From a virus, in the IMG/VR virus record IMGVR_UViG_3300005613_004097, positions 44,515-108,514 of that record: a DNA stretch of 64,000 nucleotides; one strand, written 5' to 3'. The notes under the pieces are model-generated. The model saw only the letters and a program-made list of their open reading frames with translations, made no database searches and was not told the DNA's origin. Each line of letters starts with the position of its first letter. Positions within the stretch are counted from its first letter, which is position 1. The position numbers and the translations under genes were made by a program. Below, one piece after another: positions 51,204 to 58,897 of this stretch.

Positions 51204-51511
51204 AAATTGAATTCTATTATTTTTTTGTAATATTCGATATCTTGATCAGTTGTTTCGACAACATCTTCACCTATCATGACCTCTTTGATATCAACTTCGA
51301 CCGAATTTATTGTGAAGTGTGAATCAGGTGGTGTGAAATAATCTCCACTTGATTGATAAACACTTGCATCAACAGTGAGATCAAAAGTGATGGTGTGTTC
51401 TTTATCACCTATCAGAAATGTGATCCATTGGTCAGTTTCTATGAAATAATCTGATTCAAACACCTTCTCTGAGATATCTACAACATCCTGGAGTATTATT
51501 TTTTCGTTCAT
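51200..51511 (-). CDS. Hypothetical protein
   Basis: GDYFTPP motif; coupled ORF. Confidence 0.6.
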   Translation of the reverse strand: MNEKIILQDVVDISEKVFESDYFIETDQWITFLIGDKEHTITFDLTVDASVYQSSGDYFTPPDSHFTINSVEVDIKEVMIGEDVVETTDQDIEYYKKIIEFNL

Positions 51512-51512
51512 T

Positions 51513-51785
51513 TTAAATTAATATGATAGTTAAGAATATGATTCCGATAATGAAAATCGCACTTACCGCACCGGTCCATTTTCCAATTTGATTTATATTG
51601 TAAAGGATTTTTGAGTGGTTCAAAATCTCATCATAATTCATCTTGGTGAAAAGTGATATTATGAATGTCAAAATGGTTATTGCAAGACATCCGTATGCCA
51701 GAATGATAAGAAATGGTAATGATATTATGAATAACCAAATACCAATTCCGATTATCGATTCGATAGTATTTTTGATAGCGTCCAT
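51513..51785 (-). CDS. Small membrane protein
   Basis: Hydrophobic segments. Confidence 0.6.
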   Translation of the reverse strand: MDAIKNTIESIIGIGIWLFIISLPFLIILAYGCLAITILTFIISLFTKMNYDEILNHSKILYNINQIGKWTGAVSAIFIIGIIFLTIILI

Positions 51786-52289
51786 TTAAAGTGTGATTAT
51801 TTTGTCAAATCCCTCTTCGTGTCTGATATCTTGAAATTGTGATATCATTCTTTTTATGACATGATCAGGTATTGATTTCTTTTCTTCGATCAGTCTTTTC
51901 TCATTTCTCCTTTTATATTCATCGTCTGAAAGAATCGGAAAAACAATTGCAACTTTTGTGTGGTTTTTGAAATTGCTCAAATTGGTGCGTCTTCTCTTAC
52001 TTGTCATGTTGGTCATATTGATGATAACATTGTTTTCCGAGTTGGCATTTTCAACTATCATTTCTTTAAGCAGCCTATCAACCTTTTTTTGGTCAGCCAC
52101 TTCGAATGCCATATTATAATCATCTGTTGCGGCAACCTCCATTAGAATATCATCTCTCGATACAACATTGAAAGGAACATCAAGTTTTCGGATCAGCGTA
52201 TCTTTTCCACTCAATGGGGGACCTATGAGAACAGCAACAAAAGGTTTTTTCAAACCTTTCAATATAGTATTTACATGCTTAATGTTCAT
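51786..52289 (-). CDS. P-loop kinase, polynucleotide-kinase/AAA_33-like
   Basis: GPPLSGKDT, SRDDI, NMTNMT..RR, KSIPDHVI, EEGFD. Confidence 0.8.
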   Translation of the reverse strand: MNIKHVNTILKGLKKPFVAVLIGPPLSGKDTLIRKLDVPFNVVSRDDILMEVAATDDYNMAFEVADQKKVDRLLKEMIVENANSENNVIINMTNMTSKRRRTNLSNFKNHTKVAIVFPILSDDEYKRRNEKRLIEEKKSIPDHVIKRMISQFQDIRHEEGFDKIITL

Positions 52290-52818
52290 ATCGTAAATAT
52301 ATGGAAGATTTTTTTACCAACCAATTTATTGCAATTATTGTTTTTGCGTCCATGAAGTTCTCAGATAACATTTCATCATAACTGAATTCAACGATATCAA
52401 TATCTTCATTTTCGGATTCAAGACCACCACCTTGTCCTGTCTTCTTTGATACTTCACAATAGAAAAGTGATATTTTCTCAGAAGAGATTCCCGGTGATAC
52501 GAAAAACTCACTTATCATCTCGATATGATCTGTTTCATACCCGATCTCCTCGAAAATTTCACGGTTGATGGCATCTTCTTTATCCTCATTTGGCTTGTCA
52601 AGCGTTCCAGCAACCACTTCAAGTATGTCACTGTTTGATCCACATCTGAACTGATTTACGAAAATGAATTTCTTTTTGAGTGTGTCATAAACAAGTGCAG
52701 CAACTGCATTTTTAGGTGTCAATACCTCACGCGATACAACATTGCCAGAATCGGTCATGACGAACTGTTCTTCAATTCTGAGATATCCTTGGTATTTAAT
52801 GTTGGTTTTTTCTGTCAT
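52279..52818 (-). CDS. NUDIX hydrolase, ADP-ribose/NDP-sugar pyrophosphatase-like
   Basis: QFR, AGTLD..ED..AINREIFEEIG, SPG, GGGL..ENEDI, DAKT. Confidence 0.88.
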   Translation of the reverse strand: MTEKTNIKYQGYLRIEEQFVMTDSGNVVSREVLTPKNAVAALVYDTLKKKFIFVNQFRCGSNSDILEVVAGTLDKPNEDKEDAINREIFEEIGYETDHIEMISEFFVSPGISSEKISLFYCEVSKKTGQGGGLESENEDIDIVEFSYDEMLSENFMDAKTIIAINWLVKKSSIYLRYEH

Positions 52819-52820
52819 TT

Positions 52821-53534
52821 TTATTTATTTTTTATTTTGAAAACTGTGAATTTGTCGTTTTTATCCAATGCGAATATTCTATGATATCCATCAATGATGT
52901 GATATCCAACTTCGGTCTGTCTTACAATCCCACGAGGAATATCACTTCCATACTTTTTAAGTGAATGAAACCACATTGGATCTGATTTAATATTGTTCAT
53001 GTGATTTTTGTTGATGTTCAACATATCAATATCATTCTGTGTGATGGTGATCATTTCATACTCGGTTTCATCATTTATATGTCTGTCATATCTTTTGTAT
53101 TCTTTCAAAAGACAGAAGTTCAACTTTTCTGTGAGTGTCTGCATTGAAACACACAAATTGATATTATATTCAAGTTCTGACGAGTTGATATAAACTTTAT
53201 CCATCTCATCCCCATAATACCCACCACGCCATTCAAATTCAACATAGTCAATCGCTTTATATGAACTCAATAATCTTGTTATACAATAGATATCAATTGA
53301 AACCCCACCATATAACAGATCAGATAACTTTGCTTTTCTAGTATCTGCGAACATCTCGGCATATATCTTTTCAGCAACCGATCTGTAATCGATTGACTCA
53401 ATGTAAGGAGATTCTATTGTGTAGCATCTGCATATACCCTCATCATTACATCCATGATAGGCACAATCAGTGAATCCATTTTCATTGTAATCCACATGGT
53501 ATTTTATATCTACTTTATCGAGTGTTTTTCTCAT
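52821..53534 (-). CDS. Protein with a Cys cluster and C-terminal ParB-like motif
   Basis: C..HGC..EGICRC; IIDGYHRI. Confidence 0.6.
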   Translation of the reverse strand: MRKTLDKVDIKYHVDYNENGFTDCAYHGCNDEGICRCYTIESPYIESIDYRSVAEKIYAEMFADTRKAKLSDLLYGGVSIDIYCITRLLSSYKAIDYVEFEWRGGYYGDEMDKVYINSSELEYNINLCVSMQTLTEKLNFCLLKEYKRYDRHINDETEYEMITITQNDIDMLNINKNHMNNIKSDPMWFHSLKKYGSDIPRGIVRQTEVGYHIIDGYHRIFALDKNDKFTVFKIKNK

Positions 53535-53566
53535 TTTTTCATTTTTTCATTTTTTGATGACTGAGC

Positions 53567-53752
53567 TTACCCACGATTCTGTTTTAGAATATCATTTATC
53601 TTTGCCTCTACCCGATCATCATTGAAGAACCGACATTCTAGATCTGTTCGAGTTGCTGCTTCGGTGGTAATAGCGAATTTTAAATTCTCCCACCTTAGGT
53701 TCTGCAGTCGTGAAGTTCCTCTGTTACCAGCGATATTCTCTCTTGTCATCAA
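53567..53752 (-). CDS. Hypothetical protein
   Basis: Coupled ORF containing EAKINDIL. Confidence 0.5.
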   Translation of the reverse strand: MMTRENIAGNRGTSRLQNLRWENLKFAITTEAATRTDLECRFFNDDRVEAKINDILKQNRG

Positions 53753-54135
53753 ATAAATTCTCCACCTATATAACCTCTTTGATATCCACTGTATTTTGAT
53801 ACATCCCTATCTTCAACTATTTTCATGTAGTTTATCAACTTCACAATAATGTTCTCTCTACCGGAAGTGTTGTCGGAATGAACATACCAATTCGGAAGTG
53901 AAATGTTTTTATCCATACATACTTCGATAAGATGATTTGCACAATCAAGTCCGGTTCTTTCAAATGCTTCTGAGAAATCTGCAAGGTCATGATCAAATGA
54001 AATGAATTCAATGTTTCGAATGTTCTTATCGATCAATTCACAGAACTCGGCATATGTTCTCACGATCACAAATTCACAGGTATATCCTTTGAAGGACATG
54101 TCTGGAACTCTTTTATCATCTAAGTAAATATTCAT
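53749..54135 (-). CDS. Cyclic-phosphate-processing receiver-like domain protein
   Basis: IYLDDKR, ISFDHDL, TGLDC, VHSDN motifs. Confidence 0.75.
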   Translation of the reverse strand: MNIYLDDKRVPDMSFKGYTCEFVIVRTYAEFCELIDKNIRNIEFISFDHDLADFSEAFERTGLDCANHLIEVCMDKNISLPNWYVHSDNTSGRENIIVKLINYMKIVEDRDVSKYSGYQRGYIGGEFI

Positions 54136-54175
54136 ATCACAAATATAATGAAAAAAATGAAAAGGTTAAAAAATA

Positions 54176-55780
54176 TTAACCTTTCCAACCCGCTTTCAAT
54201 GATACCGTTCTGTTAAGTGATATACCATCCTTATCAAGAACATAATATCCTTTTCTCATCATTTGAACCACTACTCCTTCTTTTAGGTTTTTAATTTCTG
54301 GTTCAAATATTGCATCATTATTTATTGTCAATGAATCTTTGTTTACCTCATTTATAAAATCATCACTTGGTGTTTCAACATCGAAAAGTCTATCATACTC
54401 GTTTACTCTCATTTTGATACCATACTTACAAGAAACCCAATGAATTGTTCCTTTTATCTTTCTATCAAGTTCTTTACCAGATTCAGACTCAGGATCAAAA
54501 GTACAATGTATTTCAGTTATGTTTCCCAATGAATCTTTTAATACTTCATTTGCTTTTATAACAAATGCTCCTTTCAATCTTACCTCTCCACCTAATTTCA
54601 ATCTGTGATATTTACGATTGGCTTCCTCTCTGAAATCTTCTTTTTCAATAAATATCTCTCTTGTGAAAGGAACCAATCTTTTACCTGATTTCTCATTCTC
54701 TGGATTATTCTCAACCTCACACCATTTAACATCATATTCATTCCAATTTGTAATAACAACCTTTACAGGATCAAAAACACCCATCAATCTATTTGATGTT
54801 TTATTCAATTCTGTTCTTAGAATTTCTTCTAAAAGTGTGTAAGAAACAACTGATTCTCTTTTTGTTACTCCAACTCGATCACAGAATTCTCTAATGCCCG
54901 ATGGTGTGAATCCCCTTCTTCTGAGTCCAGCAATTGTTGGTAACCTTGGATCATCAATACCTTTTACTATACCATTATCAATAAGAGCATTGATCTTTCT
55001 TTTTGACATGATAGTTGAATCAATATTCAAACGAGCAAACTCAGTTTCTTCTGGAAGATTTCCTGACAAATTACAACTTCTAAGAATCCAATTATAAAGT
55101 GGTCTATGTACTTCAAATTCCAATGTGCAAAGTGAATCGGTTACTCCTTCTATATAATCACTCAGAGGATGAGCAAAATCATACATAGGATATATCTTCC
55201 AATTATCACCAGTTCTGTGATGTGGTATTTCAATTATTCTGTAAATAACAGGATCTCTTAATATCATATTTGAATGTGACATATCAATTTTGACTCTCAA
55301 AGTCATTGACCCTTCTTTGAATTCACCTGATCTCATTCTTTCGAAAAGATTCAAATTTTCTTCAATGGTTCTATTTCTGAATGGTGAGTTGATACCAGGT
55401 TTGGTTGGAGTTCCTTTCATTTTAGCAATCTCTTCTGATGTTGAATCATCAACATAAGCCATTCCCTTTTTTATTAAAGTGATTGCACATTCATAAATAA
55501 AATCAAAATAATCCGAAGTGAATTTAATATCACTTGGTTTAAATCCAAGCCATTCAACATCTTTAATGATGGATTCAACATATTCTGTTTTTTCAGTTGT
55601 TGGGTTCGTATCATCAAACCTGAGTGTACAAGGAGCATTGTACTTTTCTGCCAATCCAAAATTCAAACAAATTGATTTTGCATGACCAATATGGAGTCCT
55701 GAGTTTGGTTCAGGTGGAAAACGAAGTTTCAATTTATCTAAGTTTCCTTTTTCTAATATTTTTTCTTCTATAAAATTCAT
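54176..55780 (-). CDS. glnS: Glutaminyl-tRNA synthetase
   Basis: RFPPEPN, HIGH, RFDDTNP, IYPMYDFAH, CTLEF, MSKRK, GTIHWVS. Confidence 0.97.
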   Translation of the reverse strand: MNFIEEKILEKGNLDKLKLRFPPEPNSGLHIGHAKSICLNFGLAEKYNAPCTLRFDDTNPTTEKTEYVESIIKDVEWLGFKPSDIKFTSDYFDFIYECAITLIKKGMAYVDDSTSEEIAKMKGTPTKPGINSPFRNRTIEENLNLFERMRSGEFKEGSMTLRVKIDMSHSNMILRDPVIYRIIEIPHHRTGDNWKIYPMYDFAHPLSDYIEGVTDSLCTLEFEVHRPLYNWILRSCNLSGNLPEETEFARLNIDSTIMSKRKINALIDNGIVKGIDDPRLPTIAGLRRRGFTPSGIREFCDRVGVTKRESVVSYTLLEEILRTELNKTSNRLMGVFDPVKVVITNWNEYDVKWCEVENNPENEKSGKRLVPFTREIFIEKEDFREEANRKYHRLKLGGEVRLKGAFVIKANEVLKDSLGNITEIHCTFDPESESGKELDRKIKGTIHWVSCKYGIKMRVNEYDRLFDVETPSDDFINEVNKDSLTINNDAIFEPEIKNLKEGVVVQMMRKGYYVLDKDGISLNRTVSLKAGWKG

Positions 55781-55846
55781 TTTTTTAATATTTTAATTGC
55801 TATTTCTGTTTTTTCTTTATTCAATCCTAATAATATTGTTTTCATT

Positions 55847-56209
55847 TTAAAAATCAAAATCTTTTGTTAGTTTTTTAATTATGTAACTTTTTGCACAATC
55901 AGCCAATATTACCGACTCACTCATTCCTTTATTCATCTTTTTATAATATCCGGTTCCTTTACACACTTCACAGTCAAAATCCGCAGTATCAGAATCATTT
56001 GTATCACATTCCCAACACATTTCATTTGATTCATAAGGTTCCAATCTTGTACAACCCGACATATTAGAGTGGTTGAATGAGATCCAATCTACCACTTCAT
56101 AACTTTTTTCATTCCCATAACTTACGGTTACGGTTCTATACTTATTGATGATAACTAAACCGATATCATCTATCTTAACTATATTTCCTGTGTTGAATCT
56201 TCTTACCAT
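55847..56209 (-). CDS. Hypothetical protein with CxxC...CxxCxGxG
   Basis: ORF between the tRNA-Gln cluster and glnS. Confidence 0.6.
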   Translation of the reverse strand: MVRRFNTGNIVKIDDIGLVIINKYRTVTVSYGNEKSYEVVDWISFNHSNMSGCTRLEPYESNEMCWECDTNDSDTADFDCEVCKGTGYYKKMNKGMSESVILADCAKSYIIKKLTKDFDF

Positions 56210-56445
56210 TTTATTGTGTCATTTTTATAAGCTTCTACAAAATCTTCAAATTTAAACTCTCTTTTTTCGGTTGAACTACCACCCCAATATATATCCTCCC
56301 AAACATATTCAACTGAATCATCATTCACATAAACAATATCTCTTATGCAATTTGCATAATCAACTTCCAAGTAATAATCTCCAATGAATCCTTTTGAGAA
56401 TATTGTATTCTCATCCATCCATTTTATAAATTCTTCTCTTTTCAT
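56203..56445 (-). CDS. Hypothetical protein
   Basis: ORF directly downstream of the tRNA-Gln cluster. Confidence 0.6.
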   Translation of the reverse strand: MKREEFIKWMDENTIFSKGFIGDYYLEVDYANCIRDIVYVNDDSVEYVWEDIYWGGSSTEKREFKFEDFVEAYKNDTIKW

Positions 56446-56462
56446 TTCATTTAGTTTTTTAG

Positions 56463-56530
56463 TTGTCCTGGTAGGATTCGAACCTACATAAACTTCTCGT
56501 CTCCTGATTCAAAGTCAGGGACACAGGACA
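56463..56530 (-). tRNA. D-armless tRNA-Gln(UUG)-like RNA
   Basis: Acceptor TGTCCTG/CAGGACA, anticodon arm CCTGA-CTTTGAA-TCAGG, T arm GTAGG-TTCGAAT-CCTAC; only 4 nt where the D arm should be. Confidence 0.75.
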
Positions 56531-56537
56531 ATTTTAG

Positions 56538-56611
56538 ATGGGATGCTCAGAATCGAACTGAGATAAATGGGACCAAAACCCATTGTAATAAAACCGTTAT
56601 ACGACATCCCA
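56538..56611 (-). tRNA. tRNA-Gln(UUG)
   Basis: TGGGATG/CATCCCA acceptor; ATGGG-TTTTGGT-CCCAT; CTCAG-TTCGATT-CTGAG. Confidence 0.93.
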
Positions 56612-56621
56612 ATATTTTCAG

Positions 56622-56692
56622 TTGCCTTGCCAGGATTCGAACCTGAACTACGAAGGCCAAAACTTCGTGTGCTGCCGTTACACTACAAGGCA
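56622..56692 (-). tRNA. tRNA-Gln(UUG)
   Basis: TGCCTTG/CAAGGCA acceptor; CGAAG-TTTTGGC-CTTCG; TCAGG-TTCGAAT-CCTGG. Confidence 0.95.
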
Positions 56693-56694
56693 AT

Positions 56695-56728
56695 AAAAAA
56701 CCCGTTCAATTTGAGATTGAACGGGTTT
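56695..56728 (-). terminator. Attenuator terminator immediately upstream of the tRNA-Gln cluster
   Basis: AAACCCGTTCAAT-CTCAA-ATTGAACGGG-TTTTTT, ending 2 nt before the tRNA 5' end. Confidence 0.9.
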
Positions 56729-56756
56729 GTATCTTTACTTTTTATCAGACAATACT

Positions 56757-56816
56757 CTACCAGTCAATCTCTCGATCGATTTGCTGTTGTTGGTATTGTT
56801 GAGTAAAAGTTGTCAT
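56757..56816 (-). CDS. Gln-rich attenuator leader peptide MTTFTQQYQQQQIDREIDW
   Basis: Six Gln codons in seven positions (CAA CAA TAC CAA CAA CAG CAA); contains GAGATTGA, complementary to the terminator 5' arm/loop. Confidence 0.88.
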   Translation of the reverse strand: MTTFTQQYQQQQIDREIDW

Positions 56817-56820
56817 TTCT

Positions 56821-56885
56821 TTATATATTATATTTTTATTTCTTTGTTTTACAAATGTAAGGATTATTTTTTAATTGACAAAATA
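56821..56885 (-). promoter_or_regulatory. Dual promoter of the Gln leader (Bacteroidota sigma-A type plus phage late-type motif)
   Basis: TTTG...TACATTTG upstream, then TAATATATA 4 nt before the leader ATG. Confidence 0.65.
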
Positions 56886-56970
56886 ATTAGTGACTTTCCT
56901 AGTAAAATACCCAATAAAATGTGTTTGGACAGGAGAAAGCGTTAGTATTAAAAAGTCCAATTGACTTAAC

Positions 56971-57207
56971 TTAGGGGTAATTTGAGATCCAAAGTTCAAC
57001 TTCCATGTTACCCATCCTTTTAATATTATCGGATGATATGCTCCAGTTGTGCATAGATCCTCCATCACCCCAAAACAAACCAGCATCAAGAACACACCCG
57101 GTTTTATTAAGTCTCTCTAAATATTCGATAGACTCTTCTAAACTTTCGAAATCCGCCATCTTTTCATATTCACTATCATAAACAACTACTGATATATACT
57201 CAATCAT
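56971..57207 (-). CDS. Hypothetical protein
   Basis: ORF downstream of the tRNA-like RNA. Confidence 0.55.
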   Translation of the reverse strand: MIEYISVVVYDSEYEKMADFESLEESIEYLERLNKTGCVLDAGLFWGDGGSMHNWSISSDNIKRMGNMEVELWISNYP

Positions 57208-57221
57208 TTTTTTTGTTTTAG

Positions 57222-57308
57222 TGTGAGTGGGTGGAGTCGAACCACCATTTACCTCACAGGAATCGAACCCATACGGATGCCTCCGTTAGTCACCAAGACT
57301 TCACTCAC
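57222..57308 (-). ncRNA. tRNA-like RNA with two T-loop hairpins and no canonical anticodon loop
   Basis: GTGAGTG/CACTCAC acceptor; AGTC-TTGGT-GACT; ACGGA-GGCA-TCCGT; ATGGG-TTCGATT-CCTGT; GGTGG-TTCGACT-CCACC. Confidence 0.65.
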
Positions 57309-57644
57309 TTTTGTAAAGGTAATTGAAAAAAATTAATTTTTCAAAAAATATATACAATAAAATAAAAATAAAAATTATCATCCTGTATTATATCATCGTT
57401 ATGATAGGTGCAAGCTGGAAAGTAATAAAAAAAGAAATCTAAAATGATACTACTTTCATGTAGGTGTAATGATGACGCACATATCATCAAAATCACTGAA
57501 TGAATAATGTGATAACTATTATCAAAAATAAAAATGAAAATATTCCCAATACAGCTAGAAATGTTCTTAGCGTTGGTCCAGTAAAAAAATTGGCAATTTT
57601 AGATTTAAGTTTATTCATGTATGTATATATTAAAAAATTAAGGA

Positions 57645-58478
57645 TTATTTTTCATATAAATCTATGAAATTCTTACCATACTTATTTTTTACATAATTCA
57701 AAAATGGCTTTATAGTGTCCTTGTAATAAACTTTTATGTGAAATGGAAAATGATTAATTTTCGCATCTGTTAAATCTGAACGGAAGTTCTTAATTTCAAC
57801 AAACTCACCATTCACAATAAAATCTGGATAAAATTTGTGCCTCTCATTCTCATAAACATAATTATAACCTTTCTTATTCCTTATTATGTCTATTTTATTT
57901 TCCAAACAATATATTAAGAAAGCCAACTCATAACTACTATCACACCAAAATCCTTTATACCAACCACATTTTCCTCTTGATGATCCTTTTTGTGGTCCAC
58001 CACATACTTTCATCCAACATTCTTTGTGATATTTTCTGTCCTTTTTATACTTCTTTTCAATTATCTCTTCCCCACACAGTTTACAATTGAATTTCAGAAC
58101 TTTTTTTGATCTTCTATTCTCTGGTATTTCTACTCTACCTTCGTCAATTGCTAACTTAATGGATTTTGAGATTTTTTTCTTAGTATCTTCTGTATGTGTT
58201 TTAGAATTTGCACACTTTCTTGAGCAGTAATTTTTTACTTTATTTCTCCTGATTTCTGATTCAGTTGCCGTTACCTCGAACTCAGTTGAACACTTAGGAC
58301 ATTCTTTCTTTAATGTGATTCTTTCAACTTTTTGAACTCCTTTAAACCTCTCAGAAGCTCTTCGTTTCCTTTCTTCTAATTTTGGATTAAATTCACAACT
58401 CGACACATGAGATGCAAAATGTGGTTGTTTCTCAACCTCTATGATTTCATTACACCATTTACATTCCTTTCTATACAT
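57645..58478 (-). CDS. Free-standing endonuclease (zinc ribbons, NUMOD3-like, C-terminal PD-(D/E)xK)
   Basis: Several CxxC; HTEDTKKKISKS; DSSYELAF...FYPDFIVNGEFVEIK. Confidence 0.75.
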   Translation of the reverse strand: MYRKECKWCNEIIEVEKQPHFASHVSSCEFNPKLEERKRRASERFKGVQKVERITLKKECPKCSTEFEVTATESEIRRNKVKNYCSRKCANSKTHTEDTKKKISKSIKLAIDEGRVEIPENRRSKKVLKFNCKLCGEEIIEKKYKKDRKYHKECWMKVCGGPQKGSSRGKCGWYKGFWCDSSYELAFLIYCLENKIDIIRNKKGYNYVYENERHKFYPDFIVNGEFVEIKNFRSDLTDAKINHFPFHIKVYYKDTIKPFLNYVKNKYGKNFIDLYEK

Positions 58479-58545
58479 AATAAAAACTCTATTTTTAGTA
58501 TATATTAAAAAGTTGGCGGCTCGTTTGAGAATTGAACCTATTATG

Positions 58546-58641
58546 TCAGGGAAGGGGGATTCGAACCCCCGGAAGACGCACCCCTTGCGCCTTCACCAGA
58601 TTCCAAGTCTGGCCGCTTCAACCTAACTCGCGCATTCCCTG
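58546..58641 (-). tRNA. tRNA-Pro(UGG) with an abnormally long variable arm
   Basis: CAGGGAA/TTCCCTG-A (C1:G72, A73); CCAGA-CTTGGAA-TCTGG; variable stem GAAGGCGCA-AGGGG-TGCGTCTTC; GGGGG-TTCGAAT-CCCCC. Confidence 0.85.
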
Positions 58642-58649
58642 ATATTTAG

Positions 58650-58726
58650 CGGTCCTAGTCGGATTCGAACCGACCTGTTATTCTCCTGTGACAGAGGAGT
58701 AGCCACACCAAGCAGCCCCTAGGACC
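58650..58726 (-). tRNA. tRNA-Asp(GUC)
   Basis: GGTCCTA/TAGGACC-G; CTCCT-CTGTCAC-AGGAG; GTCGG-TTCGAAT-CCGAC. Confidence 0.95.
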
Positions 58727-58728
58727 AT

Positions 58729-58764
58729 AAAAAAACCCAGTTAATCTTTTGACTAACTGGGTTT
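58729..58764 (-). terminator. Attenuator terminator immediately upstream of tRNA-Asp
   Basis: AAACCCAGTTAGTC-AAAA-GATTAACTGGG-TTTTTTT, ending 2 nt before the tRNA 5' end. Confidence 0.9.
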
Positions 58765-58789
58765 GTTTCATTGGGTTATATTTTCAATA

Positions 58790-58891
58790 TCAACTCATAA
58801 AAACAAAGCAGTTAGTCACTATACGATCCGGATCGAGATCGTTCAAGCCTTTCGGTTGAGGATTAACTGATATGTTTTTAATTGTTTTCAT
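58790..58891 (-). CDS. Asp/Pro attenuator leader peptide MKTIKNISVNPQPKGLNDLDPDRIVTNCFVFMS
   Basis: 3 Pro (CCT, CCG, CCG) and 3 Asp (GAT) codons within 12 codons, followed by TGACTAACTG, the exact complement of the terminator 5' arm. Confidence 0.8.
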   Translation of the reverse strand: MKTIKNISVNPQPKGLNDLDPDRIVTNCFVFMS

Positions 58892-58897
58892 TATTAC

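Noticed and set aside
56567-56945. Plus-strand ORFs over the tRNA-Gln cluster (also 58441-58626)
   Set aside because: Antisense shadows of tRNA genes and attenuators
58546-58641. Selenocysteine or serine tRNA call for the long-arm tRNA
   Set aside because: The anticodon loop reads CT-TGG-AA, with C1:G72, A73 and a 7/5 fold; not UCA and not a Ser anticodon
56695-58891. T-box riboswitch as the explanation for the tRNA/glnS leaders
   Set aside because: No T-box consensus (AAGGTGGTACC-like bulge) or long stem I was seen; translated leaders with control codons fit better
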